From positions 3,162,480 to 3,226,479 of the forward strand of contig OZ316898.1 in assembly GCA_973895155.1 (NCBI GenBank): a stretch of DNA of 64,000 bases, in the 5' to 3' direction. This document shows positions 38,101 through 50,195 of this stretch, in pieces. Position 1 is the stretch's first letter; each line of letters opens with the position of its first letter. The translations under genes and the position numbers were made by a program. The stretch comes from Marsupella aquatica. Taxonomy: Eukaryota > Plantae > Marchantiophyta. Below the pieces are notes generated by a model. The model did not search any database and was not told the DNA's origin. It saw only the letters and a list, made by a program, of their open reading frames with translations.

Positions 38101-39080
38101 TTCTCCGAGTCCTGCAATCTTCCATGTCGCATGTCGCTTGCAGAGCCCAGTAAAATCAAAATTCAGTCTTGCCGTGTCTTTGCTTAAGGTTTTCACATAA
38201 GTTAGTAAAGGGCTCTCGGGCCTGAACGACCTTGGGGGGTTCATAAAAGAAATCTTGGTATCGGAAATACCATGATGAGGTGTTGCATAAAAAAACATCC
38301 CCATCAAGTTATCTAAAAAGATTTCGAGTCCCGGCTTTGACTGGACATTCTGGCTGAATGCGTACACGCATAGCCTCTTTAGCACCAAACCCCCAAAACT
38401 GTGACCAACCAGTACGACTGGGCAACGGGGCTCTTGTCCTATCGTTGGTAATAAATCTGAGAGTAAGTTCTCTACGAATAGGTACATGTCAATTTGTCCA
38501 CTTTGTTCAGGGTCTATCATCATGCCTAGCCCTCCATTATAAGATATAGTCAGAATGTGCGGATCAGGAAATTCCTTCACGAGCCAGGTTTGTGGCCAAA
38601 TACACAACTCGTCTCCAGATAACCATGTGAAGAGGTGTGCATTTTCATAACTCCCACGTTGAAAACCGTGAAAAAACACAACTTGCATACTTGTTACAGT
38701 GTCTTTTGGGCGATACAACTCATACAATGAGTCATTCAGTTTCACCACCTGAAGAACACGGACAACAGGAGACGATCAGTACTGTATAGGAAATAGTTGT
38801 TTCTTGGCCTAGTACCGGCTGTTGGACACAGCAAATAGTCATTATATGGAATCAAAGTGAAGGGAGCAATTGACATTGTAGTTGGACGAATGCCGGCAAT
38901 ACCAGGCCTCATGATGTGGCGTACCTTATCAACCTGCTCCTTGATTTTGGAAGCACTTCCGACCAATTCCCTTGGCCGGTTCCATCCGAGCCTCTGCAGA
39001 AACCGGGTTGATTTTTCTGTGGCATAGAGGGCCGCGCATATTCCAACAGCGACCTTGGTCAGCCACTCCAGGAAACCCAT
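29153..39080 (-). CDS. Tandem-NB-ARC hydrolase NLR ('NLR-B'): N-terminal helix - alpha/beta-hydrolase - NB-ARC1 - LRR - NB-ARC2 - acidic linker - LRR, ~2,220 aa; exons 39080-38925, 38748-38083, 37312-37145, 36881-35799, 35631-35569, 34974-33166, 32987-32787, 31672-29153
   Basis: All seven introns are GT..AG and phase 0. Hydrolase: FFHGF, IWPQTWL, GHSFGG, ATPHHG, VVPEASA, DHISISRP. NB-ARC1: GMGGIGKTT, VVDDV, CGGLPL, MHEQ. NB-ARC2: GMAAIGKTT, MLDGV, CDGLPL, MQAQ. Both LRR blocks begin ISGS.LCKM.KLQYL.L.GFDI...HDSTLPSTIV. Confidence 0.88.
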
Positions 39081-39339
39081 CGCGACGCGGCGATAAAGCA
39101 ATTGCTACACTAGAGATCGACTGGGAGAAACTTCTCACACGAGATCGGAGGGACAAAATGAAGGCAAAATTGACGGTGGCGGCCACTCAAGGAGCACGAC
39201 GGGACATTAGGCGAACATACTGCATCGGCGAGAAAGTTTAGCTCGTCAATGGGCGGGGAGACAGTAGTGATCATCATGATTGTCCAGCAGACGAGAAGGG
39301 CGGCGAATCCAAGCTAGCTACTGTAGCTATGATGGACAA

Positions 39340-39520
39340 ATCGTCAAATCCGGAGGTCAAGATGCTTAGAACACCGTGAGAGCTTGGATCCAGGCGGGTT
39401 CAAGTTCGAGATGGGAGTGACACATCTCTCACAGGAGACCCAATAAAGGGGAAACCAACGAGTCAAAGGTCCAAGTGTCCCAAGGGAAATGAAAATCCTA
39501 GTACACCTCATGAGTCAACT
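39340..39520 (-). promoter_or_regulatory. W-box (TTGACY, WRKY site) cluster upstream of NLR-B
   Basis: GGTCAA at 39355, AGTCAA at 39461 and AGTCAA at 39513 (overlapping TGAGTCA), all reading TTGACY on the NLR-B strand. Confidence 0.5.
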
Positions 39521-40254
39521 GCATAGTGGTCACGAAAAGTAATCTGACTAGAGTCTCTAAAACCAACGTCTTTCTCCCCTCTGAAGAACAGTGATAGGGG
39601 GTCACCAAGAGTAATCTGAGTAGAGGCCATAAAACCAACCGCTTCTACCCAAGGAAGAATAGCGATAGCAATTTTTACACAAGCCCAGGGTGTCTGATGA
39701 CATGGACTTCAGATCTTAGGGGCTTCAATTTGGAGGTGGAAGGAAGGGACATCGGTCCATTTGCCGGACGTGAAAACCGCAAAAAGGCTCTGCAACTAAT
39801 GAAGAAATGTCCCATGCTTCCATAGCCGGGCGAAGAAGTTGGATCCAGAGTCCAGACCGATTGACAAGGGGTTGCCGAAGTCCGAAGGGGATTCACAGCA
39901 GAAGGTGCGCCATAGCCTTAAAGTGGCAGTCAGAGCGCATTATTATTTTTTGTACAGATGGATTAATAAATGTTTTTCACGCCAAACGAGGAAGCCCGTT
40001 CATCACCAGCCTGACAGGATGCTTTTTCTAATTTTCTTTGTCTCGCGACGTCAATTTTCGCCTGTATGCACTGCTGACAACATGTCTCGAGGTGAAGTAA
40101 TATAAGAATCACAGAGTTCGTTCTTCTGCGTTTCTTTGCTGTTAGCTCTATGTATAGGGTAATGACGGCTTGGTGGTAACGACGGCTTGGTCTGCAGGTT
40201 CTTGTTGTTAGCTCTATGTGTGCCCCAGTTTGGCCTTGCCCGGCATATTGGGGT

Positions 40255-40790
40255 CTAGACCCCGTCAAATTGTCATCCCTGTAGCCTGGTCCAGCCCTAT
40301 CCTGGCCCCGGCCTTCTGGACCCCAGGTCCTTCAACCCGGGCACGACCCCGGCCTACCCCGACCCCGGCCTACTTAGTCCCCGCCCCCAACCCCACTAGC
40401 GCTCCATTATAGTAATAGGGTACGCATAACCTGACGGGCAAGTGGATGGCTTGCCGGGCATGTACAACCGTCAAATGATGGCCCCAAAATGGGAAGTTTG
40501 ACAGATATTCCCTGAAATTCCCCGGATTGTTCCCCCGGACTCCCCCGGACTCCCCCGGTCAGTTGAGCCAGTCACCCAGTTCGGCATCACGGCCAGGCAG
40601 GACCGGGCTGGGGTCGGGGCTGGGGTCGAGGCCAGGTTGGGGTTGGGGACAGGGCTGGCTGCAAAAAGGTCAAGGCGGGGTCGGGGCAGGAGGGGTCGGG
40701 GCTGGGCCGGGGTTGGGATAGGGCCCAAGTATACCCTAGACTGATAGGGCCCAAGTACCCAAGTATACTGTCGGGGCCTATACATAGGGT
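40255..40790. repeat. Opposed C-rich and G-rich motif arrays (loose inverted repeat; possible transposon subterminal region or G-quadruplex)
   Basis: CCCCGRCC/CCCCGACCCC motifs at 40295-40395 face GGGGTCGGGG motifs at 40605-40720, followed by duplicated GATAGGGCCCAAGTA. Confidence 0.55.
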
Positions 40791-43753
40791 CCACCTTCTG
40801 ACTTTTGGACAGTATACTTGGGGAGATTAGTTCTGGCCGGTATATGTTACCTGGTTGAGAGACTACTCAGGTTAGTGTATCCTATTGAAATTTTGTTGTG
40901 TTTTTTTGTTTCAATATACCTTAAAGCCCCACTTTCCTAGAATTTCAATAACCTGGACCCACATTTTGAATTTATTTTATATTTTAGTCCAGGTGGATTG
41001 AGGTTACTAAAATAAATCTAAATTATTCTCAAGAAAATAAATTTTGCACCTAGTACTCCACCCGATGGCCAGTGAATTTTATGAATTCTCGGATGCAATT
41101 GCCTTAATTTGTCCCCTGCCCCTACTTGGTAATTATGTCCTCTTGCTTTTAATTTTCTTGTCTGGAGTTCTGATTTGCTATATATTTATTTATCAATCTT
41201 ATTTGTCCTTTCCAATAACATGTTATGTTTATCCTTATATTCAATTAATATTTAATTGACATTTCATGCAGAGGGATACATGAGGGAGATGCTATCTCTT
41301 CCCTGGAGTGTGAGAAAGAACTATATATAGCACTGCCAAAGAACAATGTGAGCCATACAGGGGATCCAAAGACAAGAAATCCAATAAAGGGGGGAAAACA
41401 AGAAAAAACCAGGAAGCCCAAAGAGCCAAAAAGTCCAAGAGTCCCCAACAACAACAATAGGACTAACAAAAGGAAAGCTTAAAGATAATACCTACCTCCC
41501 CATTTGCAACTACTCCTCTCAGTTTTGCTTTCCTAAGGTTTATTGTTCTGAATGACTAATGTGTCACTCACTAACTATAAATAATCATTATCATGTGAAA
41601 AGTACATGAAAGTCCCACCACTGTTTTGGGAGAGATTCATAATATTTTAGAAGCTAAACAATTATCTATAAGAAAAAACTACATGGTGGGGGGGGGGGGG
41701 GCATTTTAAAGTGGGACTACACTTGTAAGGTCATAAAGCAGCTAGGAGAGGACACAAGTACCAAGTCACCCAAAACTAATTTAATGTTGCTTTAAGGTAG
41801 TTAGGAAAAAATCAGTTCAGCTTTGAAACTGAATGATAAATCAACATCTGAATCGTTTTGAGAGGGGAACACTGTACAACACAAGCTACTTTACTTTCCT
41901 TATGGGGTTCCTGAATGAAGATGGTTGCAGTTGGCTCTACAAGAACTTGGCCTGTTCAAGTACCATATCTACCGATCCTACATACTGATGTGGAGTGTTT
42001 TTTCTAGACTTTTAGACCACCACGAGAGATGGTGGTCCAAACATTTCCAAACTTTGTCACCTCGAGGGCCAAATTGTTTCTTGAACTTTATTTGGTGGTC
42101 CAAAAAATTATAAACTTACATTCAAGAGATTTACACATATTGAACTTCATTTCAAAAGATTTTGGCTTGGAGTCTGTCAAAGAACAAGTAGTGGCCTTGC
42201 ATGCACTTTGCCTTGGTGTTACAAGTGCCCCCATCTAGCTAATACTTTGCAATCTAAACTAAGCTACTCTTTGGACCCTATGGCGTAGAGTGAAGTCTCA
42301 GGTGACAAAAAGTTTCAAGGTCATGCAACAGGTGGAGAAGGCAACCATGAGCCTGTCTGAGCAAAGCTTGGGCAGTCAGGCTAGTGTCTTGTGAAGCGAC
42401 ACTCAGTGTAAAACATAGTATGTAAACCATTCAAGTTACCCATTGCAAAGCTAAATCATTGTAGCAAGGGGCACAACTGGACTGAGTGGCATAACCAATC
42501 CAAGGCGCCAGTGTATTCAGGACACTTGAGCTGACCTCTACATACTCTATGCCATCAAAAGATCCCCTCAAGAGAGTGTCACACTCACTGAAAAGCCATA
42601 CAGAGTGGTGTGAGTAGGCTGTATCTGAACTAAATTAAAGCAGAAGAGCATTGAGGTCTGATGGAGCAAATTTCTTTAAACATAGTCATGTCCGACCAGA
42701 GGAAAATCAAGAAAGGTAAGGACTTCTTACACACAAATTACAGTAGGGATGATCAGGCCCACGCAATAAATTAAACAATTATTGAAATTTTCAATCCCTG
42801 AGACAACACATTGAGGTGCCCGTACAGAACTTGCAAAAATATTGTTTGAACTGAGGGTTAGGGCAAGAAAGCAAAACTCTCTGAATTTTTGGGTTCCCAG
42901 ATTTGGGATATATCTTTTGGTAGGTCTGGTCTTTGCCAAATGCAAGGAAAGTTCATAATGCCTAGCCATATTTGGATTATAATAAATTAATTGGTGCACA
43001 ATCTCACTCAAGGCCACTGAAAATAGAAGGGAAACTCAAAACAAAGTTTGAGGCGCCATTTTGCATTGTATTACTTTGTGTGCCACTTAGCCCCCTTGGA
43101 CTATTCAGGAATTGAATGAGCAGAAATAAATTGAGTTTTTTTGGCTGAAGCATGAGAAATTAGAGGTCCTGGGGTCCATCAGTTGCTGCATGAGAGTCAA
43201 TTATAATGAAAGACATTTTCTTGGAGCCCACAGGTGAACAATTCAGGAAGGAAAGAGAAGCTATAATTGTCCATGGAGAACTCGTGAAGAACAATGTGAA
43301 AAGGTTGCAAGGCTGACCAGGAAGTCAGCAAACAAAGGTAGAATCTAATAACTCTACTCAGTTAGTGAGGATAGGACTCTTGCAAATCTTGCCCTCTGGC
43401 AGTAGATAAAGATTTACAGCAATTGTTTCTTAGTAATCACACATGAGATGTACAATGTACAATGCCAAGCCATGATAATTAAAGAAATGGATGTAGGAAA
43501 TCACAAGAGATATATTTGATGGTCCCCAGAATTGAAAAATGTTAGTTGATGAACCCCTGGAATGATCTAATGTTAGTTGATGGACCCCATGAATGATCCA
43601 GACCATGGACCTTAAATCAATGTACCCAAACCCTATGGGGCCTGATGTGGTCTATCAAACACCAGGTTTCAATTTAGGGGTCCATCAAGTATATCTGTCA
43701 GGAAATCACAGATGAACTCACTTCCTCTTGGCCTTTGATGTGCAGATTTGGAA

Positions 43754-43950
43754 GACCTTATCTATCATTTCTCCATGCTTCCCCATACTGTGCTTTGGCC
43801 AGTTACCAATAATAGTACGAGGGACCTTATCATCTCTCAATGCTTCCCCATACTGTACCTTGGCTAGTTACCAATAGAAGTACAAGGGACCTTAGCATCT
43901 CTCAATGCTCCCCCATACTGTACCTTGGCCAGTTACCAATAGATGTACGA
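43754..43950. repeat. ~65-bp tandem repeat, 3 copies
   Basis: GACCTTA.CATCTCTCAATGCTYCCCCATACTGTACCTTGGCYAGTTACCAATA starts at ~43754, ~43823 and ~43888. Confidence 0.85.
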
Positions 43951-45331
43951 TAGTGTATTTCTCATTCAAGTAAGATTGCAATAATTGTGCGTAGAAGGCA
44001 CTGAATGGCTCAGCCTCCCAAGCATGACCCAGGTACAATGGCAGGCACTAAGTCTTCCCTTTTTTTTCTTTTTTTCTTTTTCCCCTTTGTAGTCTGAGGG
44101 AGGGTCGAGCCTAGCTACTGTAGAGGGATTTGTCTTGCAAACAATAGCTAGCCTGGCTGAATTTGAAATGTTCAAATCTTGTGTAAAACAAAGTGTCAGG
44201 TTAGTACCCTTACTAACCTGTGGCCTGTTTAGTGGGTCATGAGTGTAAGGATTATAACCCATAATCCCCTCTAGGCCATGAGTTACCCTACACTTAATCC
44301 ACATACTCAATAGGTTTTGACCCTTTGGGTGGATTGTTTCTTAGATGCAATTTTTTGCCAGATCCAATCTCCCTTTGGAAATTTTTTGTTACATTATTTG
44401 TATCCCATTATAGCCAGTGGATAGTCTAAACTCGACTAGCCATTGGCCAGGATCTGTACTGACCCGTGTCGTCCTATACTGAAACCGGGGCCTGGGGGGC
44501 CAGAACTGCACGGTGGGCAGTTTGACCGGAATTTTTATTTTGCCACACTTCTCCACATTTTCCCAGCTCCAGCCATCTTCAATTGATGGACCACATCAGA
44601 TAATTTAACGAGGGTAGGGGACTACTGTAGGGGCTGGAGAGAAAACCAACGGACCCTGAAGTCAACAACAGCCTCGTTTTTCTGACTTCTGACAAAGAGT
44701 AAAGTAGAGATGCCTGGAGGACCCAGGTACATGCAGCTCTCGATCAGAATCGAGCACTGTTGTGGATCGCTCTGGACCGACGATTGAAACCCGTTTGACC
44801 GATGGCAAGCTTCTGGGCAATGTACACTGATGATGCAAACAGGACCTGCGCCCGAGTGGATCGAATTGTATGCGTCTCTGAGCAGCACACTGATAGACAT
44901 GGGGGAAAACTTGATCTCAAGTTGATGTTTTTCGATGAAACAATACCCGAGTACTTATCATATCATTTTGTTGGACCGTGCTTCAAAGTTGATCTTTCTG
45001 GTGAGGCATGGCATGCGAACTTTCTAGTTGTTGATAATGAAAACAGTGCCTTTTCTGTCGAGGTAAGTGTTCTCGGCCCTAGGTTTGGTCTGGAGGGTTA
45101 ATTAAGGTGGAGGAGTTTCCACAGGACCCGAAAAACAGCCGTGATCTGCTGCGGATGTGATCCATTCGCTGTTTCCATATGGGCGTGCTCGGAAAGATGG
45201 AATGTTTGGTGGAGAGTGGATACAACCTGCACGAGCCGGCCAACGATTAGAGAGTTGGCTGACTGGGCTAGAAGAGCTGGGAGATTCTGTGAAAGGTTGT
45301 GTTAATTGTTTTGTGCAAGCGAAAGTCGATT

Positions 45332-46687
45332 ATGGCGGATCCCAGTTCATCAGTGGATCGTGGTCCGACGTGCAGTTCTCCCGAGGCACAAAGAGCTACA
45401 GTTTGGTTGCAGAGTTTGAAACGTATTCAGTGGAATCCGGACTTTGTCGACGCTCGGATCAATGACCTTAGATCTCACTTTCGTTACTCCTGTGAACGGA
45501 GAAGTTCTGGCACCCAAACGAATGCCTTCAATCAATTGCGGACCACCTGGGATTTGAGTTTGGGAGATGCGGACCGCCAGTGTATCGTGGCCGCAATGAT
45601 AGAGCTATTCGAACCCGTTGTAGACCAGAAGACTGGAAAAAGAACTGGTGAGATGGCCGTGATGCATCTAGCAGCCTTTCTGGGACTACATGATTTGATG
45701 GAAATGCTTGCCAGGAGGCCCGAATTTTTGCAAACGATCAATGCCACGGATTCTGACGGAAAGACTCCTTTGCATCTGGCGGCACTGACGGGAAGTCTGG
45801 AGGCCGTAAAGTTTTTGGACGGCCAGGAAATGTTGAGAGCAGATTTGGAGGACGGCTCAGAGCAAACTGCGTATGAGATAGCGGACGAGATCGGATGGCA
45901 CGAAATCGTGAAAGTCTTCTTGAATCGAGCGGATGTGAACAATTATCTCAACAAGCGGCGCGCTGATAGGAGTATGTATGGTGACGGGACAAACGCCATA
46001 CTTGTAGGTGCTGCCCTGATTGCCAGCATCACTTTTGCAGGATGGCTTCAACCGCCATTGGGCTACCAAAAATACTACCAATACCCTAGAAATGCAACAA
46101 TGCCGGGTGCTCCTGTAGATGATTTCCAGCAATATGCGGCAATCCTCGAGCATTTAAGTGTGAAGATATTCTGGGTCACGAACAGTCTGTCATTCTACTT
46201 CGCCATCGCTGCAATCTTGACTGGAGCAGGTGCTATGGTTCCTCGCCGTGGGTTGGGGGAATTAGCGGAAGTGAAGAGGAAACGTGGCGCTGCGTACTTG
46301 ACCGGCTTTGTGTTCTCTTGGGCAGTCGTTTTTGTAGTCGTAGCTTTTACAGCAGCTGGGTTTGCTTCCCTACCTCCCGGCCTTACCTATGGAACTTACA
46401 TGATAACCACATTGGTGGTGGGGTGTCTCGTTTGTATTCTAAGCTTCAGTAGTGTCCGCATGTCAGATCCGAGCTTATTTCTGAGTTACACGGAATGCAT
46501 AGACCCTGCTTGGTACTTTTCTAAGTTGTCCAATCTCTTCGAGCGGTGTTGCCGACCGTTTGGCTACAATTCATTCGAGTCAAGGACCCGTCAAAGGAAA
46601 AAAACTTACAATCCTGGTCAAGTTAAAGGATCCAGCCAAGGAGGGTCCGTTCCGGGCCTCGTCCCCAAGTTTTGCAGGTGTGTCTAA
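45332..46687 (+). CDS. Ankyrin-repeat, PGG-domain transmembrane protein (ACD6/ITN1-like), intronless
   Basis: About 3 ankyrin repeats (VMHLAAFLG, DSDGKTPLHLAALTG, DGSEQTAYEIA). PGG-domain signature ILVGAALIASITFAGWLQPPLG, then FWVTNSLSF and further hydrophobic helices. ATG at 45332. Confidence 0.88.
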   Translation: MADPSSSVDRGPTCSSPEAQRATVWLQSLKRIQWNPDFVDARINDLRSHFRYSCERRSSGTQTNAFNQLRTTWDLSLGDADRQCIVAAMIELFEPVVDQKTGKRTGEMAVMHLAAFLGLHDLMEMLARRPEFLQTINATDSDGKTPLHLAALTGSLEAVKFLDGQEMLRADLEDGSEQTAYEIADEIGWHEIVKVFLNRADVNNYLNKRRADRSMYGDGTNAILVGAALIASITFAGWLQPPLGYQKYYQYPRNATMPGAPVDDFQQYAAILEHLSVKIFWVTNSLSFYFAIAAILTGAGAMVPRRGLGELAEVKRKRGAAYLTGFVFSWAVVFVVVAFTAAGFASLPPGLTYGTYMITTLVVGCLVCILSFSSVRMSDPSLFLSYTECIDPAWYFSKLSNLFERCCRPFGYNSFESRTRQRKKTYNPGQVKGSSQGGSVPGLVPKFCRCV

Positions 46688-49600
46688 CGGTGGACCCCTA
46701 GTTTTGTTCAGATACCTCGAGGCAATTCGGTAGAAACAGTGTTTTGATGCCAAAGTGGATCATGTTGCAGCAGCAGACCGGGGGCAATGCAAGCGCTCTC
46801 TTCTAAGCTCGCTGGAAAGTTGACTCTGCATTATTCTAGCTGCTTTCTGTGGCATTCCATCCACGAATTCAGTGCCTGAAATGTAACGTACAGTGCTACC
46901 GTGAAGATAAGTGTGTACATATATATGAGTGAAAGTTTTGTTTCTGGGATGATAACTATAGAGGCGGATGTCTTGGTTGAGATCGTAAGAGCAAGTAACC
47001 CAATGACTTGTGCCAGAATCGTTGTTTTGGTGTGTCAGTGAAGCAATTTGCGAATCTGTGTCTGTCGGTGAGGTGTAGCTTATGCTGCGTAAAACCTCTG
47101 TCGCATGCGTTTGAAAGTAATAGAGTGGGAAAGTTTTCTCAACGCAGAATCGTTTGTTCTGTGATGATCATTTGAATTTATTTTCCGACCTGTAAGCCCG
47201 GCCTCTAAGTACATTGCCAGATCTTTTTCTTCTGCTCTCACACTTACTTTACATCGTTTCAATTTTCAGAGAAGCACCTTCTTTGCGCCAGTCTTTGGTG
47301 TCCGCGTTGAGCACCAACCACGCTATACTTCCGACATATTCAAGCTTAGTGTACCACCTGCCAGACAACTCTAAACCCTAAAACATTAAACCCTGAAGTT
47401 CCTACTTAAGGAGGCGTTTTCACACTCCAGCACATTGCATTTCATCATATATTGCATCTCATCATGTTTGTGAACGATGATGATACTGATCTATCCACCC
47501 ACATTCTGAAATGTGAACGATAGATGAGTTCATGCTTGTTTCTTTCTTGGATCAATTTAAATGTTCCATTTTTGGCCACCGACAGTTGGTATGATATCGA
47601 TTGCTGCATTGAAGTTGATTGAACGAGGAAAACCCTGCAGCATGGTGATATAGTTGCCAGCTTCAAACTGTTGGCCGAGGGTTTTACCTGCCTCCCAACT
47701 TCCTGTCTGCCCTCGGTAAGTAATGCACTTCTGATGAAGGCTGTGTAGGAGGTCAAGTAATTTAGCCGTGGTCTTTCAGACGCAGTCTCCCGTCAACTCG
47801 GTAAGTGTGAATTATGTAGGTACCAAGGATCTTGATGTCGTAGATTATACAACTCGAGGAGCGAATTGCCCAGCAATTGGCATCTCAGAGTCCACCACTT
47901 GAAATTGTTCATGGTCTTTGCAAAATGTGCTTCAAACTGACTGAGCTTCACAAGCAGTGAGTGTACCACGGGAGACTTAGATTTGAAGTGTCAACCAAGC
48001 AGCCCGAATGTCCACGGCCTATACCATGCTCCTGCTTGGTGATCAGCCAGGATTAGTTTCAGTGATGAGTTTCTCAGGGAGATTTCCAAATAATACATCA
48101 AATAATTGAGTCTCGCCAATGAAGAGGGTAAAACTCAGAGCAAAGGCGTGAGTTTAGTGCATTTGACTCTTGACAATAAGTGCCAGGTTATCCTTCAATT
48201 CCATATCCCGATCTTCCCAGCTTTCATAGAATAAAATCCTGATGTTTCTCTCTTGTCACTCCATGCTATCCTTTCTTCTCTTCGGATCCTCCTCTCCCGC
48301 CCACTGCGAAGTTCCCATTGCAGAGCCATGAAGTGTCTCGTTAGAATTCTGGGTGACTTAGGGTAGAGCCACTCTAAGAGGAGATGTAATGTAGCCCAGT
48401 TATCTCTACCCAGGTCCTAGAGTTTCCAAATGTAGAGAGCCCAGTAGAGAGTATATCGTTGATTGCTATGAGAAAGTTACTGCACTTAGAACGGGGATCT
48501 GGTGCAAGGAAAACCCCGAGAATAACTAACTCCCTTCCACGATTTGGGATCTCTCATTAACCCAAGAATGTGAGTGGAAGGTTTCAACAGAAATTCATGT
48601 TCAGTCTAGAGCTTTCGTTCTCACCGTGGAAGAGAAGATCCAGACCCATTGTCAAAATCGGCACAATCTAGCTTTCAGGTGGTACAATATGTTGGGAAAA
48701 AGCACCCATTAGAATTTAATTGAACAACCGCTGGGACTGATTTGCTATCATCAAGATCACTCTAAGTCTGATCGAGGGAGGAATCCAACAGAAAGTAGTC
48801 GTTACCATGATCCCAAACTCTCCAGTCTCAACGAAGAGTGAATGAATTTCAAAGGAATCGTCGTGTTTATGTGTTCCTGCCATAAACTACAATGCATCTT
48901 GATACGGCCTACAAATTGTCTGTGAGGGAGTTTCATTTGAATCTGTGGTTTTCTCCAAAGTTTAGAACCGAAACGTCCTCATGTCCTCAAAGTGAAAGGG
49001 CCACAGCAACGTCGGGTGCTACCGATCAAAAAGGCTTTCGCCAGCAGTATGAGTAACAGCAGCCCAAATCGAGCTTCAACCAGATTCTGACTCGAAGGCT
49101 TGGTTGGGACTCCATCGACAGTACTACCTACTTTGATAGGTGCCACAGGCAAGGCAGGGCCTTATGTGATCCCAATTCCACAATCTTACTAAGAAGTGCA
49201 ATGCATTGCTACTTTGAAGGGCTACTATCTAGAGTGAAGCCTTTAAACTGTAACTCTCAAAACAACAAAATTGTAAAATGAAGATTGGGTCAAAGATTAA
49301 TAAAACTGACATTAATTCTAAATAAGGGCAAAACTAATAATGACTTTCAGTAAAGACAAAATAGAAGTGATAGTGAAAAGAAAGGGACGGAGGCAAAGAT
49401 GAATTTGTTTTGCAAGATTTTTGTTTGTCTTCATCTCTGTTTAAGTAATCAGGCTAGTAAACACAAGAGTTCTTCTGGCATTTTAGAAAAGTAGTACCGT
49501 TGGTCTTGTGTTGGGGTGTCCACTGGACAGGTTGGAGTGGGTCCTCAGTTAATTTCTTCCTACCCATTACTTATAAAGTTTTATTTTAATTGTGTTTAGT

Positions 49601-49999
49601 GGGAGCCTTGTAAATTTTTGTGGAAAAAGGTTGAGTGTCTTAATCCAATTTCAAGGATTGTAAGAATTACAGGGTCTTCAATACCCAATTTGGTTTATGC
49701 ATAAAATATTCCAAAAATTAGGGGGGAAAATTAATTTCAAAATAACTTATATTTCTTATTTTTAGGGTTTTTATTATTAAAACATAGTGTGTGATATGGG
49801 ACTGTCCTTGGAATGACCCCCAAGGGCTGGAGTAGGGTTTGGAATTGGGGATAAGTTTGAGCCTGGTCCACTCTTGAATTTTGACTAGGGGGTGCTTTTA
49901 GCACTGTGGAGTTTGGTTGACTTGTGTTGTGGTGTTTGGTTGACTTGTGTTCTGGTCTCTCGGATTTTGTTTTCTCTTTGCCCTCTTGATTTTGTTGTA

Positions 50000-50195
50000 T
50001 ATGAGGTCTTGGAAAAACATGTTGCACATTGTTGCCTTTCATTTAAAAAATTCAAAAGCAGTTGAGAATTTAATAATCTTGAAAGACAGCGGAGAATATG
50101 AGGTCTGGGAAAAACATGTTGCACATTGTTGCCTTTCATTTAAAAAATTCAAAAGCAGTTGAGAATTTAATAATCTTGAAAGACAGCGGAGAATT
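50000..50195. repeat. 97-bp near-perfect tandem duplication
   Basis: TATGAGGTCTKGGAAAAACATGTTGCAC...GACAGCGGAGAAT starts at ~50000 and ~50097. Confidence 0.9.

Noticed and set aside
33019-38748. Treating ORFs 38071..38748, 35790..36893 and 33019..35004 as separate genes of an operon-like defence system
   Set aside because: Their ends coincide with GT/AG splice sites in compatible phase, and most listed starts are non-ATG. They are best read as exons of one gene.
41800-43400. Possible transposase remnant
   Set aside because: It looks coding-like but has many stops and no identifiable DDE, RT or other motif, so it cannot be assigned by eye.
47371-47396. Telomere-like AAACCCT motifs (also at ~1891)
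   Set aside because: Only one or two degenerate units; at most telo-boxes, not an interstitial telomeric array.
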